Shown here one piece after another: positions 63,934-64,000 of a stretch of 64,000 nt of DNA. Within the stretch, counting starts at the first letter, position 1. Each line of letters starts with the position of its first letter. Below the pieces are notes generated by a model. It ran no database searches and was not told the origin of the DNA. It saw nothing but the letters and a program-made list of their open reading frames with translations. Origin of the DNA: Lama glama (Eukaryota); the NCBI GenBank assembly GCA_028534125.1, contig CM052816.1, positions 94,862,001-94,926,000 of the forward strand, written 5' to 3'. The position numbers and the translations under genes were made by a program.

Positions 63934-64000
63934 GGTATTAGTTTCCTATGGGTGCTATAACAAATGACTGCAGACTTAGTGACTTAGAACAACACACATT
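63934..64000 (-). mobile_element. Start of another MLT1 LTR (truncated by window edge)
   Basis: gtattagtttcctatgggtgctataacaaatgactgcagacttagtgacttagaacaacac. Confidence 0.75.

Larger units (their letters stand above)
40280..64000 (+). other. CTNND2: CTNND2 intron, 5' part (next exon, expected to begin NVSSAGEE, not seen)
   Basis: Starts GTGAGT. I did not find the continuation of the protein in the window. Confidence 0.8.

Noticed and set aside
1..64000. A novel multi-gene system, operon, CRISPR array or defence island
   Set aside because: The window is mammalian intron with two spliced exons. There are no long ORFs, no repeat-spacer arrays and no prokaryotic gene structure.

Overview
This is mammalian, not microbial, DNA: a 64 kb slice from inside the delta-catenin gene CTNND2 on the + strand. 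The tRNA-derived Vic-1-like SINEs and the young L1 3' ends point to a camelid. Only two coding exons are present (6078-6291 and 40096-40279). Both encode armadillo-repeat sequence and splice together in frame across a 33.8 kb intron. The rest is intron filled with L1, L2, MIR, MaLR/ERV LTR and hAT DNA-transposon remnants, microsatellites and one 500-N assembly gap. Nearly all ORFs in the supplied track are spurious. I find no support for a new multi-gene system. The best leads are: (1) an apparent Ala-to-Thr change at a conserved armadillo position (QDTLAVL against recalled human QDALAVL), consistent with a CpG transition; (2) a ~420 bp composite retro-insertion with a perfect 19 bp target-site duplication that looks like an orphan L1 transduction or retrocopy; (3) a three-layer L1-in-L1-in-L2 nest; (4) CpG-rich and motif-dense intronic patches that may be regulatory. 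Repeat subfamily names and human numbering come from memory of consensus sequences, not from searches. Repeat boundaries are approximate unless a TSD is quoted.
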